Of a stretch of DNA of 40,766 nucleotides, positions 23,429 through 32,908 are shown piece by piece; within the stretch, counting starts at the first letter, position 1, and every line of letters begins with the position of its first letter. The DNA comes from Thermoplasmatota archaeon. Lineage in GTDB: Archaea > Thermoplasmatota > E2 > JACPAO01 > JAHFTW01. Below the pieces are notes generated by a model. That model was not told the DNA's origin and ran no database searches. It saw nothing but the letters and a program-made list of their open reading frames with translations. Location of the stretch: positions 1 to 40,766 of the forward strand of contig JBFJNL010000002.1 of NCBI GenBank assembly GCA_041618195.1. Direction: 5' to 3'. The position numbers and the translations under genes are program-made.

Positions 23429-24126
23429 ACGAAGGTCTTGGCGACAGTGGCGCCGGAGGCCTCGATCTGCTGGCCTAACCAGCTGCCGGCACGGACCATG
23501 TAGCCGTTCTGCAATTCTTTCCATTCCGGCACGATGCTCTGCTGGACGGCAGGCAGTGCCAGCAAGGTGTCGCGCCAAGCCGCCAACTTGGGGAAAGCGG
23601 ACAGGGTGAACTCGGCGAACTGTTCGAACCAATCGAAGCGCATCAGCATAGGGGCCAACGCAGCATCGGCAAGGGTGAACGTCTCGCCGAGGAAGTACGG
23701 GCCGACCACCTGTGCGTCGAGGCGCGCCAGCTTCTTGTTGAGCTCGGCCACGTGCTTGCGGTGTCCGGCTTCGTCCTTGGCGATGCTGGCCTGGTAGAAG
23801 TCTGTCAAGCAGTTGCTGCCGAACTCGATCCACGCGCGGGTCTGGGCACGCTGCACGGCGTCCTCAGGCATGAGGCGGCCCTTGTCGGTGCTGACCTCAT
23901 CCACGAACTCGTTGATGACGGCGGATTCGAACAGGACATCTTCATTGCCTCCGTCCTTGACCAACAGGATCGGCACCTTGCCCAGCGGGCTCTTGGTGGC
24001 GAACCACTCCGGTGGATCCGCCAGATCGATGTAGGTGACCGCGTGGTCGACGCCTTTGTGCAGCATGGTGATGCGGCTGCGCTGCACGTAGGGGCAAGTC
24101 TTGAACGAGACGAGTTCGAGGTCCAT
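23425..24126 (-). CDS. Glutathione S-transferase family protein
   Basis: Thioredoxin-like N-domain with CPYVQR and GKVPIL...ESAVINEF, followed by a helical C-domain. Confidence 0.9.
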   Translation of the reverse strand: MDLELVSFKTCPYVQRSRITMLHKGVDHAVTYIDLADPPEWFATKSPLGKVPILLVKDGGNEDVLFESAVINEFVDEVSTDKGRLMPEDAVQRAQTRAWIEFGSNCLTDFYQASIAKDEAGHRKHVAELNKKLARLDAQVVGPYFLGETFTLADAALAPMLMRFDWFEQFAEFTLSAFPKLAAWRDTLLALPAVQQSIVPEWKELQNGYMVRAGSWLGQQIEASGATVAKTFV

Positions 24127-24170
24127 GGACCACTGTCAGGGACGCATCGACATGAACCCTTGCCAACGTG

Positions 24171-24626
24171 CTATTCGATGACCGCCTTCAGGCGCTGGAG
24201 CAGGTCGCCGTCGGCCTTCTCACAGAAACGTGCCATCTGGGCAGCGCGACGTTCGTTGCCTTCGTACTTGCCGATGCATTTGAACTCGCCAAGCAGGTCC
24301 ACCTTGGTCTTGCCCGCGCCACCGGAGCGCACCTTGAACGAATAGGAGGCCCAGTTGCAGTCGTCCGCGGAGACGGTCGTGTACCCCTTGTTCTTCTCGA
24401 ACTCGGTCACCTCGATGGTGGCTGCCGCCTTCACGGGCAAGAAGCCGAACAACTTGATCTTCCGGGTCTCACGCCATTTGCTGCCGACGGCCAACGGTCC
24501 GTCGTCCAGGCGTTCGATCTTGACGATGTCGGGCATGAAGTGGTGGGCACGATCAAGATCCGTCAGTCTCTCGAAGACCTTGGACGGCGTGGTCTCGACC
24601 ACGGCGCTGCGCATGAACGTCTGCAT
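24171..24626 (-). CDS. SRPBCC (START/polyketide-cyclase-like) family protein
   Basis: MQTFMRSAVVETTPSKVFERLTDLDRAHHFMPDIVKIERL... is a typical SRPBCC N-terminus, about 150 aa. Upstream track codons are Arg/Pro-rich. Confidence 0.7.
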   Translation of the reverse strand: MQTFMRSAVVETTPSKVFERLTDLDRAHHFMPDIVKIERLDDGPLAVGSKWRETRKIKLFGFLPVKAAATIEVTEFEKNKGYTTVSADDCNWASYSFKVRSGGAGKTKVDLLGEFKCIGKYEGNERRAAQMARFCEKADGDLLQRLKAVIE

Positions 24627-24760
24627 ACCATGCAAGCCCATCCAGCGTTCTTTGAGTCTTTCCTGCGGTCGTGGTGGCCCGGCCAGGTCGGGTGGCGTGA
24701 GACGTTGCCGGGCCACCCCACGGCACAAGACGTGAAATGCCCGGCCATCGATGACACGAC

Positions 24761-25507
24761 ATGGCGGGCCTCATCGGTCTCACGAGCGCTGACCTGGAGG
24801 TCCAGGACGCGACAGGTGCCGTGCGCTGGGCGTACCAAGGCGAATGGGTCCCGCACCCAGTGATCCGCCTGACCACGACGCTGCCCGTCGCCGTCACCGC
24901 CGCCGACGGCGAGCGCGAGATCGTCCGGGCACGTTGGGGCTTCCCGGTCGGCCCCGGGCGCCCGGTCGGCAACTGCCGCGACGACCGTCTGACCGACAGC
25001 CGCATGTGGGCCAGCATGTACGGCAAGAGCCACTGCCTGTTCGTCGCGACGGGCATCTACGAGATGACCAAAGATGCGGCGGGAAAGAAGCACAGCTGGT
25101 GGTTTCGACGCGTCGACGGCCACCCCATCGTCATGCCGGGGCTGGTCTCCCAACGCTCCGTCCGATACGGTGACGAAGCCCCGGTCAAGCGGCTGTGCGG
25201 TGGTATCATCACCACCGAACCCAGCCCGTTCTTCGGCGCCTTCCACAACCGCCAGGTATGCGTGCTGGAGCCGACGGAGTTCGACGATTGGATGGCCGGC
25301 GGCGACCCCGAAGAACTGCGACGATTGCTGCACCGCCCCGCCCCTGGCGCATGGGAGGCCGTGCCGGTCGACGACCGCATCTTCGCCAAGGGTCGGCGTG
25401 AACTGGAGGACCTGATACCGATCGGCAAGCCCATCATCGACCATGGCGACGGAGCCCTCCCGGATCTGGGAGGTTCGGGCGACCGCCAGATGAGACTCGG
25501 CGAATAG
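24761..25507 (+). CDS. SRAP (SOS-response-associated peptidase, YedK/HMCES) family protein lacking Cys2
   Basis: Family motifs: RARWGFP, NCRDD, HCLFVATGIYEM, WWFRRVDGHPIVMPGL, ITTEPSP, FHNRQVCVLEP..FDDWM. The N-terminus is MAGL instead of the invariant MCGR. A TGA at 24752-24754 excludes any upstream start. Confidence 0.8.
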   Translation: MAGLIGLTSADLEVQDATGAVRWAYQGEWVPHPVIRLTTTLPVAVTAADGEREIVRARWGFPVGPGRPVGNCRDDRLTDSRMWASMYGKSHCLFVATGIYEMTKDAAGKKHSWWFRRVDGHPIVMPGLVSQRSVRYGDEAPVKRLCGGIITTEPSPFFGAFHNRQVCVLEPTEFDDWMAGGDPEELRRLLHRPAPGAWEAVPVDDRIFAKGRRELEDLIPIGKPIIDHGDGALPDLGGSGDRQMRLGE

Positions 25508-25549
25508 GTTCTGGCAAGCCATTTTGCGTCGCCCTGGCGATGCCGGTCC

Positions 25550-26197
25550 GTGACAGGATTCCGGCCCGCCGCACAAACGTTCCTACGCGACCTGGCTACC
25601 AACAACCGCAAGGACTGGTTCGAGGCCCACAAGAGCGAGTACGAACGGCTGATCCGCGAACCGGCCCTGGACATCATCGAGGAGATCGGTGCATGGTTCG
25701 ACGCGGCGGGCATCCCGTACGTCGCCAGCGCCAAGAAGGTGGGGGGCAGCCTGAGCCGCATCCATCGGGACGTGCGGTTCAGCGCCGACAAATCGCCGTA
25801 CCAGCCCCACGTCATCCTCCATTTCTCCCATCGCAACGCCAGCCCCGAGCGACCCATGCCAGGCCTGGGCATTCGCTTCGATGGCGACAGTATCGGCATG
25901 GGCGCCGGCGTCTGGACGGCGCCGACCCCGGTCCTCAACAAGATCCGCGACGGCATCATCGCCGACCCGGCCGGTTGGCGCCGCGTCACCCAGGGCCTGA
26001 CGCTCGATGGTGAGCGGCTCAAGACCGCGCCCCGCGGCTATGACAAGGACCACCCCTTGGTCGATGCTTTGCGTCTCAAGAACTACCTGGCACACGTGCC
26101 GCTGGCGAAGAAGGACCTGCGGGCCATCCTGGAGGCGCTGCAGTCCAAGGGTCCGCCGCTGTTCGCCTACGCCGAATGGCTCGCCCAACGACTGTGA
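25550..26197 (+). CDS. DUF2461 (TIGR02453) family protein
   Basis: FLRDLATNNRKDWFEAHKSEYE ... RIHRDVRFSADKSPY ... RGYDKDHP ... LRLKNY is characteristic of DUF2461. GTG start. Confidence 0.8.
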   Translation: MTGFRPAAQTFLRDLATNNRKDWFEAHKSEYERLIREPALDIIEEIGAWFDAAGIPYVASAKKVGGSLSRIHRDVRFSADKSPYQPHVILHFSHRNASPERPMPGLGIRFDGDSIGMGAGVWTAPTPVLNKIRDGIIADPAGWRRVTQGLTLDGERLKTAPRGYDKDHPLVDALRLKNYLAHVPLAKKDLRAILEALQSKGPPLFAYAEWLAQRL

Positions 26198-26249
26198 CCC
26201 CGCTGCGCTGCGGGCGCACGCCTTACACGTCGCCCGCCTATCCAGCGAC

Positions 26250-27017
26250 GTGGCTTCGACGACGCTGATCATCGGCGTCCTCCTGGATCTGATCACCGCG
26301 GGCATGCTCACGTATGTCGGCTTACGGGTCTGGCAGTTGCCAGACCCGGGCACCGGGCTACACCACAGCCTGTGGTTCTGGTACGGTGGGAGCCTCTTCA
26401 TGCTCCTCGATGGCGGCTTCGCCATGGTCCTCTTGGCTTACGACGTCCCGCTCGGCGTGGCGACCGCCGTCCTCATCATCCGGCGGCTTGCCTTCTCGCT
26501 TGGTTGGATGGCGTTCGGTGCCTGGCTCCTTTCCCTCAACGGCAGCCGCGCTCTGCGGGCCTGGTGGACGTACACTGCCGTCCTGCTGGGGGCCATCTTC
26601 ATCCAGGCCTGGCTGCAGGGCGTCGGCGGTTACGAGGTGCGAACCTGGGGCGTCGGGCTACTGGCTGCGGACCCGACGCCGCTATGGCTCAACGTACTCT
26701 TCGGCGTCGCCCTCTTCGTGCCTCCCGGCTGGCAAGCGGTCCGGCTGTTGATGTGGTTCCCGCGCCTCTCCCCGGTCCAGCGCTATCGTTGTGCATCCAT
26801 CGCCGGCTCGACCATCGTGTTCTGCATCCTCGTCATCGCCGGCTTCATCGACAATGAATGGTTCTGGTACGGGCTGCTGGAGAATCGCTCCGTCTTCACC
26901 GTGGCCACTGGCGTCCTCATCGCCATGCGGCCACCGGTGCTGCTGCGCCTCAGGGGGGTGCCGCGCATGAAGACCGCCCGCGAGTTCCCGGGTAGCCACC
27001 AAGCCGCCGACGTCTGA
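26250..27017 (+). CDS. Polytopic membrane protein, unknown function
   Basis: About 7 hydrophobic segments rich in Trp/Leu/Gly. The start is uncertain (GTG 26250 or ATG 26304). The earlier part of track ORF 26007.. overlaps the DUF2461 gene and is Arg-rich. Confidence 0.55.
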   Translation: MASTTLIIGVLLDLITAGMLTYVGLRVWQLPDPGTGLHHSLWFWYGGSLFMLLDGGFAMVLLAYDVPLGVATAVLIIRRLAFSLGWMAFGAWLLSLNGSRALRAWWTYTAVLLGAIFIQAWLQGVGGYEVRTWGVGLLAADPTPLWLNVLFGVALFVPPGWQAVRLLMWFPRLSPVQRYRCASIAGSTIVFCILVIAGFIDNEWFWYGLLENRSVFTVATGVLIAMRPPVLLRLRGVPRMKTAREFPGSHQAADV

Positions 27018-27052
27018 GCGGCCGTTCTAAAGGCGAGCGCCCATGGTCACGT

Positions 27053-27682
27053 GTGCGCGAGACGCTGCCCTGGGGTGGGCACCACATATTCGACATCCTG
27101 GTCGCCCGCAGGCTCCAGGCGTTCTACGATCGCATCGCCGTGCGCCACCCGGAGGCCCGGGATATCGTCGACATGGGCTGCGGGCCCGGGCACCTCGCCG
27201 CCGCGCTGGCCCAGTCACACCCGCATGCCGACGTCCAGGGCATCGACCTGGACCCGGTCCAGGTGCGCCTGGCCCGCCGTCACCACGAGCTCACCAACCT
27301 GACGTTCGACGAGGCACCCAGCCACGACCTGCCCTTCGATGATGCCAGCAAGGACTGGGCCGTGGCCACGGAGACGTTCCATCATTGGAGCGAACCGGCC
27401 AGGTCCTTGCACGAGATCCACCGCGTCCTGCGTCCCGGCGGCGAATTCTGGATCATCGAGGGGGCCGGCGACATGACCAAGGACGAACTGGAGGCATGGA
27501 CCGGCAGGCGGCCGTTGCCGGGGCTGACATTCTGGGTCCGCTTCATCTTCAAACGCCACGGGTACATGCCCGAGGCCCTGCGTCGCGACGTCATCGCCGC
27601 GGCAGAGGCGTCGCCGTTCGGTGGTGCCGAGGTCACGCGAGAAGACGGCTGGTGGGTCGTCCGGCTGGTCAAGTCCGATTGA
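27053..27682 (+). CDS. Class I SAM-dependent methyltransferase
   Basis: Motif I VDMGCGPGHL, motif II-like GIDLD, post-I acidic residue, LRPGGEFWIIE. Confidence 0.9.
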   Translation: MRETLPWGGHHIFDILVARRLQAFYDRIAVRHPEARDIVDMGCGPGHLAAALAQSHPHADVQGIDLDPVQVRLARRHHELTNLTFDEAPSHDLPFDDASKDWAVATETFHHWSEPARSLHEIHRVLRPGGEFWIIEGAGDMTKDELEAWTGRRPLPGLTFWVRFIFKRHGYMPEALRRDVIAAAEASPFGGAEVTREDGWWVVRLVKSD

Positions 27683-28136
27683 GCAGCCACACGGCGGCAT
27701 TCAGGCAGCTGGCGAACAGAATCCACGCCAGGTAGGGTAGGAGCAGGTATGCCACGACGCGGTCTCGGCGCCACGAACGCCAGACAAGCCACGTCACGAT
27801 CGCGTCCATCGCGAGGATCCAGACCAATGCTAGGCCGCGTAACTCCCAAGCGAAGAACAGCGGGGTCCACAAGGCGTTCATGGCCAGTTGGACGCACCAG
27901 CCGATGAACCCCGGCGAACTCGCCCCGCCACGCCACAGGCGCCAGCCGGCGACTGCAATGGCGATGAACAACGCCGTCCAGACCGGGCCGAACAGCCAGG
28001 ATGGTGGCGCCCACGAAGGTTGGTCGAGGGCGGCGTACTGGTCGGCGGCATCGATGGCGGCCAGGCTGCCCCCCAGCGCCGCCACGGTGACGGCCGCCCC
28101 GCACACCACAAGGCGGGCTATGTCCTGCTTCTGCAC
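27669..28136 (-). CDS. tspO: TspO/MBR tryptophan-rich sensory protein
   Basis: PSWAPPSWLFGPVWTALF ... NALWTPLFF ... LLLPYLAWILFASCLN is the canonical TspO pattern. GTG 28136 gives the usual length of about 155 aa. Confidence 0.88.
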   Translation of the reverse strand: MQKQDIARLVVCGAAVTVAALGGSLAAIDAADQYAALDQPSWAPPSWLFGPVWTALFIAIAVAGWRLWRGGASSPGFIGWCVQLAMNALWTPLFFAWELRGLALVWILAMDAIVTWLVWRSWRRDRVVAYLLLPYLAWILFASCLNAAVWLLNRT

Positions 28137-28203
28137 CGTCCACCATCGGCGTCGGCAGCTAAAGGCTCGTCGGGAGGCTTGGTCTCCGGCGAGTTCGCCC
28201 AGT

Positions 28204-28614
28204 TCACTCCGCGAAGAACGCGAAGATGTGGTCGAGCCGGTCGCCATGGATGCGCTCCAGGCGGGCCGCCAGATTCTCTGCGTCGCACGTGACCCGCATG
28301 TGCAGGTTGCAGGACCACTTTCCGCCTTTCTTGGCTTCGAACGTGAAGGTGGCCCCCTCGGAGGTGGCCACGAGGCGACGCTTCGTCTTGTCGTACGTGG
28401 TCACGGTGAACGTCTGGCCTGGGCGCGGGATGATACCCAGCCATCGGCGCGGCACCTCCGTCCACCGCGTGCCCACGCCAAAGGGCGGATCGCTGTGCAG
28501 CTCGACGTCGTGCACCTTCGGCAAGATGTCCGGCAGCATCTCGACCTCGGTAAGGAACTGGAACGTCAACTTGGCGTCTGCCTTCAGGAGGACGGTACGC
28601 GCGAAACCAGCCAT
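28204..28614 (-). CDS. SRPBCC-like protein
   Basis: 136 aa from ATG 28614 (MAGFARTVLLKADAKLTFQFLTEVEMLPDILPKV...). Alternating beta-like pattern and C-terminal helix as in START-like proteins. Confidence 0.5.
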   Translation of the reverse strand: MAGFARTVLLKADAKLTFQFLTEVEMLPDILPKVHDVELHSDPPFGVGTRWTEVPRRWLGIIPRPGQTFTVTTYDKTKRRLVATSEGATFTFEAKKGGKWSCNLHMRVTCDAENLAARLERIHGDRLDHIFAFFAE

Positions 28615-28772
28615 GATTTCGGGTGGCGGACGCTGCGTAAAGCGGTATGGGTGGCCCTGTATCCCGGCATGTCTTGCACACGCCGGCGGCTCGGGTCCGC
28701 CCTTTCTTAGGCATGGACCCAATAACGCCTGCCGGTAATGGCGCCCCGTCCTTCACAGGACAGGTGAACCCC

Positions 28773-29060
28773 ATGACCACACTGTTGATCGAGCACAACG
28801 TCAAAGATTTCAGAGCCTGGAAGACCGCCTTCGATGCCCACGCCGACGTCCGCCAGAAGCACAAGCTGACCGGCAACATCGTGTACCAGCGCTTCGACAA
28901 TCCGAACGCCGTCTGCGTCGTCTGCGAGGGTGCCTCCAACAACATCCAGGCATTCATCGCAGACCCCAGCTTGAAGGCGGCCATGCAGGGAGCCGGCGTC
29001 CAGGGTGAGCCCAACTTCAGGATCTTGGAACCCAGCGCCAGCAAGATCCACGCCATCTAG
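28773..29060 (+). CDS. Small dimeric alpha/beta-barrel (ABM-like) protein
   Basis: 95 aa; MTTLLIEHNVKDFRAWKTAFDAHADVRQKH ... resembles small ABM/stress-response-B-like proteins. Family assignment tentative. Confidence 0.5.
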   Translation: MTTLLIEHNVKDFRAWKTAFDAHADVRQKHKLTGNIVYQRFDNPNAVCVVCEGASNNIQAFIADPSLKAAMQGAGVQGEPNFRILEPSASKIHAI

Positions 29061-29092
29061 TCCCGGAACCATCTGGCCTCTTCCCTTTCCCC

Positions 29093-30346
29093 TTGGTAGC
29101 GGTTCACTCGAGCGGGCTGCGTCGCAACGCGTGGACTTTCAACCCCCCAGCAAATGGGCTGCCCGTGACTGGTTGGTGGGCGCGTCCCGAACTTCGCCGT
29201 GATGAAGACGAGGGACAAGAACGCAAGGTCGGTTTCCTTGACCTGTTCTATGACCTGATCTTCGTGGTGGCCGTTGCCCAGCTTGGGCATGACCTGGCCA
29301 AGCACCCTGACCTGGAACATGCGGGTCGCTTCGCGCTGCTGTTCCTAGCCGTCTGGTGGCTGTGGATCGGCAACACGTTCTACACCGACCGCTTCGAGAC
29401 CGAGGACGTCAGCCATCGGCTGTTCACATTCCTGCAGATGATCCCCGTCGTCGGCCTCGCTGTCTTCGCACATGGCGCGTTCGGCGACACGGCATTGCAG
29501 TTCGCGCTCAGCTACACGGTCGGGCGTCTGCTCATCATCATGCTATGGTGGAGGGGCGGTCGCCACGATGCGGCGGCGCGGCCGGCCACGGACGCTTACG
29601 TCACCGGTTTCACCATCGGTCTCCTGCCATGGATTGCGTCGTTCTTCGCGCCCGTCGAATGGCGGTGGGCGCTGTGGCTTCTTGGTCTGCTGATCGACAT
29701 CAGCGTCCCGGCCTTGATGCGCTCCCGCCTGGCCCGTCTGCCGCAGTTCAGCTTCAGCCGCTTGGCCGAACGCTTCGGGCTGTTCACCATCATCGTCCTG
29801 GGTGAGTCGGTGGCCGGGACCGTCAACGGCCTTGGCGGGCTGGACGAGGTCTCTACGCTCGGCCAAATCACCGGGGTGCTGGCGATGGTGTTGGCCTTCC
29901 AGCTCTGGTGGATCTACTTTGACATGGTCCCCCGCGAGCATCTCAAACCGCAGATCCTTGCCGTCATGGGTCGCAGCTACCTGCATTATCCCCTGCTTGG
30001 TGCCATCGCGGCTTCGGGCGCGGGCGTGTTGAGCGTCGTGGGCCACGAAGGCGAAGTGCTCGCGGCTCCACAACGCCTGCTGTTGGCCGGCAGCGTCGGT
30101 ATCGCCTTGCTCGCACTGGTCGGCCTGAGCCGCGTGCACGAGTACAGCCCGATGTTCGTCGGTGCCAGGTTCCGCACGGAGAGCAGCCTGGCGCTCGGTG
30201 CAGTGGCCTGCTTCGCCGTCGGCTGGTTCGGACAGGGCCTTGGTGCGGTGCAGGTCCTGGCGGCGCTCATCGCGATCGCCATGGCCCCCATCGCCTGGGG
30301 GGCTTGGCACTGGGCTCGCATCGCCGGCAAGATGTCCGCATCGTAG
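29093..30346 (+). CDS. Low-temperature-requirement protein A (LtrA)-like membrane protein
   Basis: VGFLDLFYDLIFVVAVAQL N-terminal signature followed by about 10 TM segments. Start uncertain (TTG 29093 or GTG 29165). Confidence 0.8.
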   Translation: MVAVHSSGLRRNAWTFNPPANGLPVTGWWARPELRRDEDEGQERKVGFLDLFYDLIFVVAVAQLGHDLAKHPDLEHAGRFALLFLAVWWLWIGNTFYTDRFETEDVSHRLFTFLQMIPVVGLAVFAHGAFGDTALQFALSYTVGRLLIIMLWWRGGRHDAAARPATDAYVTGFTIGLLPWIASFFAPVEWRWALWLLGLLIDISVPALMRSRLARLPQFSFSRLAERFGLFTIIVLGESVAGTVNGLGGLDEVSTLGQITGVLAMVLAFQLWWIYFDMVPREHLKPQILAVMGRSYLHYPLLGAIAASGAGVLSVVGHEGEVLAAPQRLLLAGSVGIALLALVGLSRVHEYSPMFVGARFRTESSLALGAVACFAVGWFGQGLGAVQVLAALIAIAMAPIAWGAWHWARIAGKMSAS

Positions 30347-30452
30347 GGCGGGGTCGTGGCGGCGCCTCCTGGCTGGCGTGGCCATGCACACCGCATCGAC
30401 ACCGGGCGGGCATGCCCGCACGTTGAAGTGCCGCCCTCCGGATGACGACGCC

Positions 30453-30866
30453 ATGCCCAAGGCACCGTTTCCGACACCCGACATGGTGCTGTCCCATATC
30501 CTGGTCGTCGCCGACCTGCCCACGGCCATCGGGTTCTACCGGGACGTTCTTGGCGCCACACTGTACCGCGAGTATGGTGGCACCACGGCGGTGTTCGACC
30601 TCAATGGCGCCTGGCTGGTCGTCGTGACCGGCGGCGGCCCTACTGCCGACAAGCCGGGGGTCGTGATGGCGCCGCCGCCGGACCCATCTCAGGTCAGCCA
30701 CTCGATGACGATCCGCGTCAAGGATTGCCGAGCTGCGTACGAGGCATTGCTGGCGCGGGGTGCGGTCTTCCTGACCCCTCCGGTCGAATCGGAGTGGGAG
30801 GTGCGAGCCTTCTTCGCAGACCCCGACGGGCACCTGTTCGAGATCAGCCAAGCCAAGGGTGGTTAG
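30453..30866 (+). CDS. VOC/glyoxalase-bleomycin-resistance family protein
   Basis: SHILVVADLPTAIGFYRDVLGA ... HSMTIRVKD ... FFADPDGHLFEI. Alternative starts at 30384 and 30483. Confidence 0.8.
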   Translation: MPKAPFPTPDMVLSHILVVADLPTAIGFYRDVLGATLYREYGGTTAVFDLNGAWLVVVTGGGPTADKPGVVMAPPPDPSQVSHSMTIRVKDCRAAYEALLARGAVFLTPPVESEWEVRAFFADPDGHLFEISQAKGG

Positions 30867-30930
30867 GTCGGCCGGGCCATGCGCACGCCCCCACGTCAAC
30901 CCTTATCCCTGCGCTGACGACCCCGCGCCC

Positions 30931-32559
30931 ATGGACGCGCAGACCGTGCATCGTCGCCGCTGGTGGATCCTGGGCGTCATGTGCCTGAGTCTCATCTTGG
31001 TCGTACTCGGCAACTCGGTGCTCAACGTCGCACTGCCGACACTCGCCACCGAGCTCGAGGCCACCAATACGGAGCTGCAATGGATCATCGATGCCTACGC
31101 TCTGGTGTTCGGCGGTCTGCTGTTGACCATGGGTGCGCTCGGTGATCGCTTCGGTCGCCGCGGCGCGTTGTTGGCCGGCCTCGCCATCGTCGGCGTGGCC
31201 TCGGTGGCCGCCACGTTCGCCGTCACCTCCACCCACCTCATCGTGGCTCGCGCCGCGATGGGTATCGGTGCTGCCCTGGTCATGCCGGCGACGCTGTCCA
31301 TCATCAGCCACGTCTTCCCGCCCGGCGAGCGCGGCAAGGCGATGGGTATCTGGGCCGCCTTTGCAGGTCTCGGTGGTGCCGTCGGGCCCGTCGTCGGTGG
31401 GGCGCTACTGGAAAGCTTCCCCTGGGCCGCCATCTTCTGGCTCAACCTGCCCGTCGTCGCCCTGGCCATCCTCGGCACCATCATGGTCGTCCCGACCAGC
31501 CGCGACCCGCACCAGCACCGCCTCGACCTGGTCGGTGCCGGATTGTCGATCCTGGCCTTGGCCAGTCTGCTGTACGGCATCATCGAAGGCCCGTCCAAGG
31601 GCTGGAGCAGCACCGAAGTGATGGCGGCCTTCGCGCTGGCAGCCGTCAGCTGGCCCCTGTTCATCATCTGGGAACTACGGGCCAAACACCCCATGCTGCC
31701 CATGCAACTGTTCGGTCGCCGCGGCTTCACGACAGGCAACGCGGCCATCTCCCTGGCGTTCTTCGTCATGTTCGCTTTCTTCTTCGGCATGACCCAATAC
31801 CTTCAGTTCGTGCGCGACTACAGTGCCCTGCAAGCCGGCATCCGCACGTTGCCCCTGGCGGCGGGCCTGATCATGGCGGCACCCCGCAGCGATGCGCTCG
31901 TCAAACGCATCGGCACACCCGGTACCGTCACGGCGGGTCTGTTGTTGGTCGCGCTGTCGTGCCTCGGTCTGAGCTTCATCGGCATGACCACGCCGTACTG
32001 GCCCATGGCCCTCGGCTTCCTGGGGCTCGGGCTCGGCATGGGCTTCACCATGGCCCCCGCGACGACGCTCATCATGGATGACGTACCGGGCCACAAAGCC
32101 GGAGTCGGCAGCGCCATGAACGACACCAGCCGCGAGGTCGGCGGGGCGTTCGGCATCGCCATCCTGGGCAGCATCATCAACGAGACCTACCAGCGCAACC
32201 TTGTCGTCCCAGACGGTCTGGCCGGTGGCGCCCTGGACCCCACGGCGTCGCTGGGCAATGCCCTGGCCCTGGGCAAGATGATGGGCAGCCAAGCGCTCAT
32301 CGACAGTGCTCGCCTGGCGTTCGTCGACGGGCTGACGCTGGCCTACATGATCGGGGCGGCCGTCGCCCTGGCGACCGCTGTCATCGTCCGTCTGTGGATG
32401 CCGCGGCGGGTCAAGCAGGCCGTTCCGGCGGCCGAACACGAGGCGGTCGTCGAGACCCGGCCCAGCCAGTCGCCGATGATGGTGGCGGAAGCATCGGACC
32501 GGCTCGACGACCGCATCGCCGCCATGCGTGCTCGCGTCGATCGCTTGCTGAGTGAGTGA
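30931..32559 (+). CDS. MFS transporter, DHA2 (EmrB/QacA-like, 14-TMS) drug:H+ antiporter family
   Basis: LGNSVLNVALPTLATELEAT ... LQWIIDAYALVFGGLLLTMGALGDRFGRR motif and 14 hydrophobic segments. Confidence 0.92.
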   Translation: MDAQTVHRRRWWILGVMCLSLILVVLGNSVLNVALPTLATELEATNTELQWIIDAYALVFGGLLLTMGALGDRFGRRGALLAGLAIVGVASVAATFAVTSTHLIVARAAMGIGAALVMPATLSIISHVFPPGERGKAMGIWAAFAGLGGAVGPVVGGALLESFPWAAIFWLNLPVVALAILGTIMVVPTSRDPHQHRLDLVGAGLSILALASLLYGIIEGPSKGWSSTEVMAAFALAAVSWPLFIIWELRAKHPMLPMQLFGRRGFTTGNAAISLAFFVMFAFFFGMTQYLQFVRDYSALQAGIRTLPLAAGLIMAAPRSDALVKRIGTPGTVTAGLLLVALSCLGLSFIGMTTPYWPMALGFLGLGLGMGFTMAPATTLIMDDVPGHKAGVGSAMNDTSREVGGAFGIAILGSIINETYQRNLVVPDGLAGGALDPTASLGNALALGKMMGSQALIDSARLAFVDGLTLAYMIGAAVALATAVIVRLWMPRRVKQAVPAAEHEAVVETRPSQSPMMVAEASDRLDDRIAAMRARVDRLLSE

Positions 32560-32592
32560 AGGCCTGAAATCAAGGCCCGGCCATCGCGGTGC

Positions 32593-32904
32593 ATGCGGAT
32601 CGCGCGTATCTATGACGCCCCCCTGGGGCGGCGCGTGCTCGTTGACCGACTGTGGCCGCGCGGGGTCAGCAAAGAACGGGCCGCCCTTTGGCGTTGGGCC
32701 AAGGAACTGGCCCCCAGTGACGCCCTGCGCAAGGCCCACCATGGCGGCATGTCGTGGGATGCGTTCGAGGCGGCGTACCGGGAGGAGCTGGACAGCGCCG
32801 ACTTCAGCGACCTACACGGGGACGATGTGGTCTTGGTGACGTCCGCCAAGTCCTCCCCCTGTCATGCGGACATCTTGGCCGCCGTCGCCGCCGAGCCGCG
32901 TTGA
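32593..32904 (+). CDS. DUF488 family protein
   Basis: MRIARIYD ... VLVDRLWPRGVSKE ... WAKELAPSDALRK is the DUF488 signature. Confidence 0.8.
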   Translation: MRIARIYDAPLGRRVLVDRLWPRGVSKERAALWRWAKELAPSDALRKAHHGGMSWDAFEAAYREELDSADFSDLHGDDVVLVTSAKSSPCHADILAAVAAEPR

Positions 32905-32908
32905 AGGC

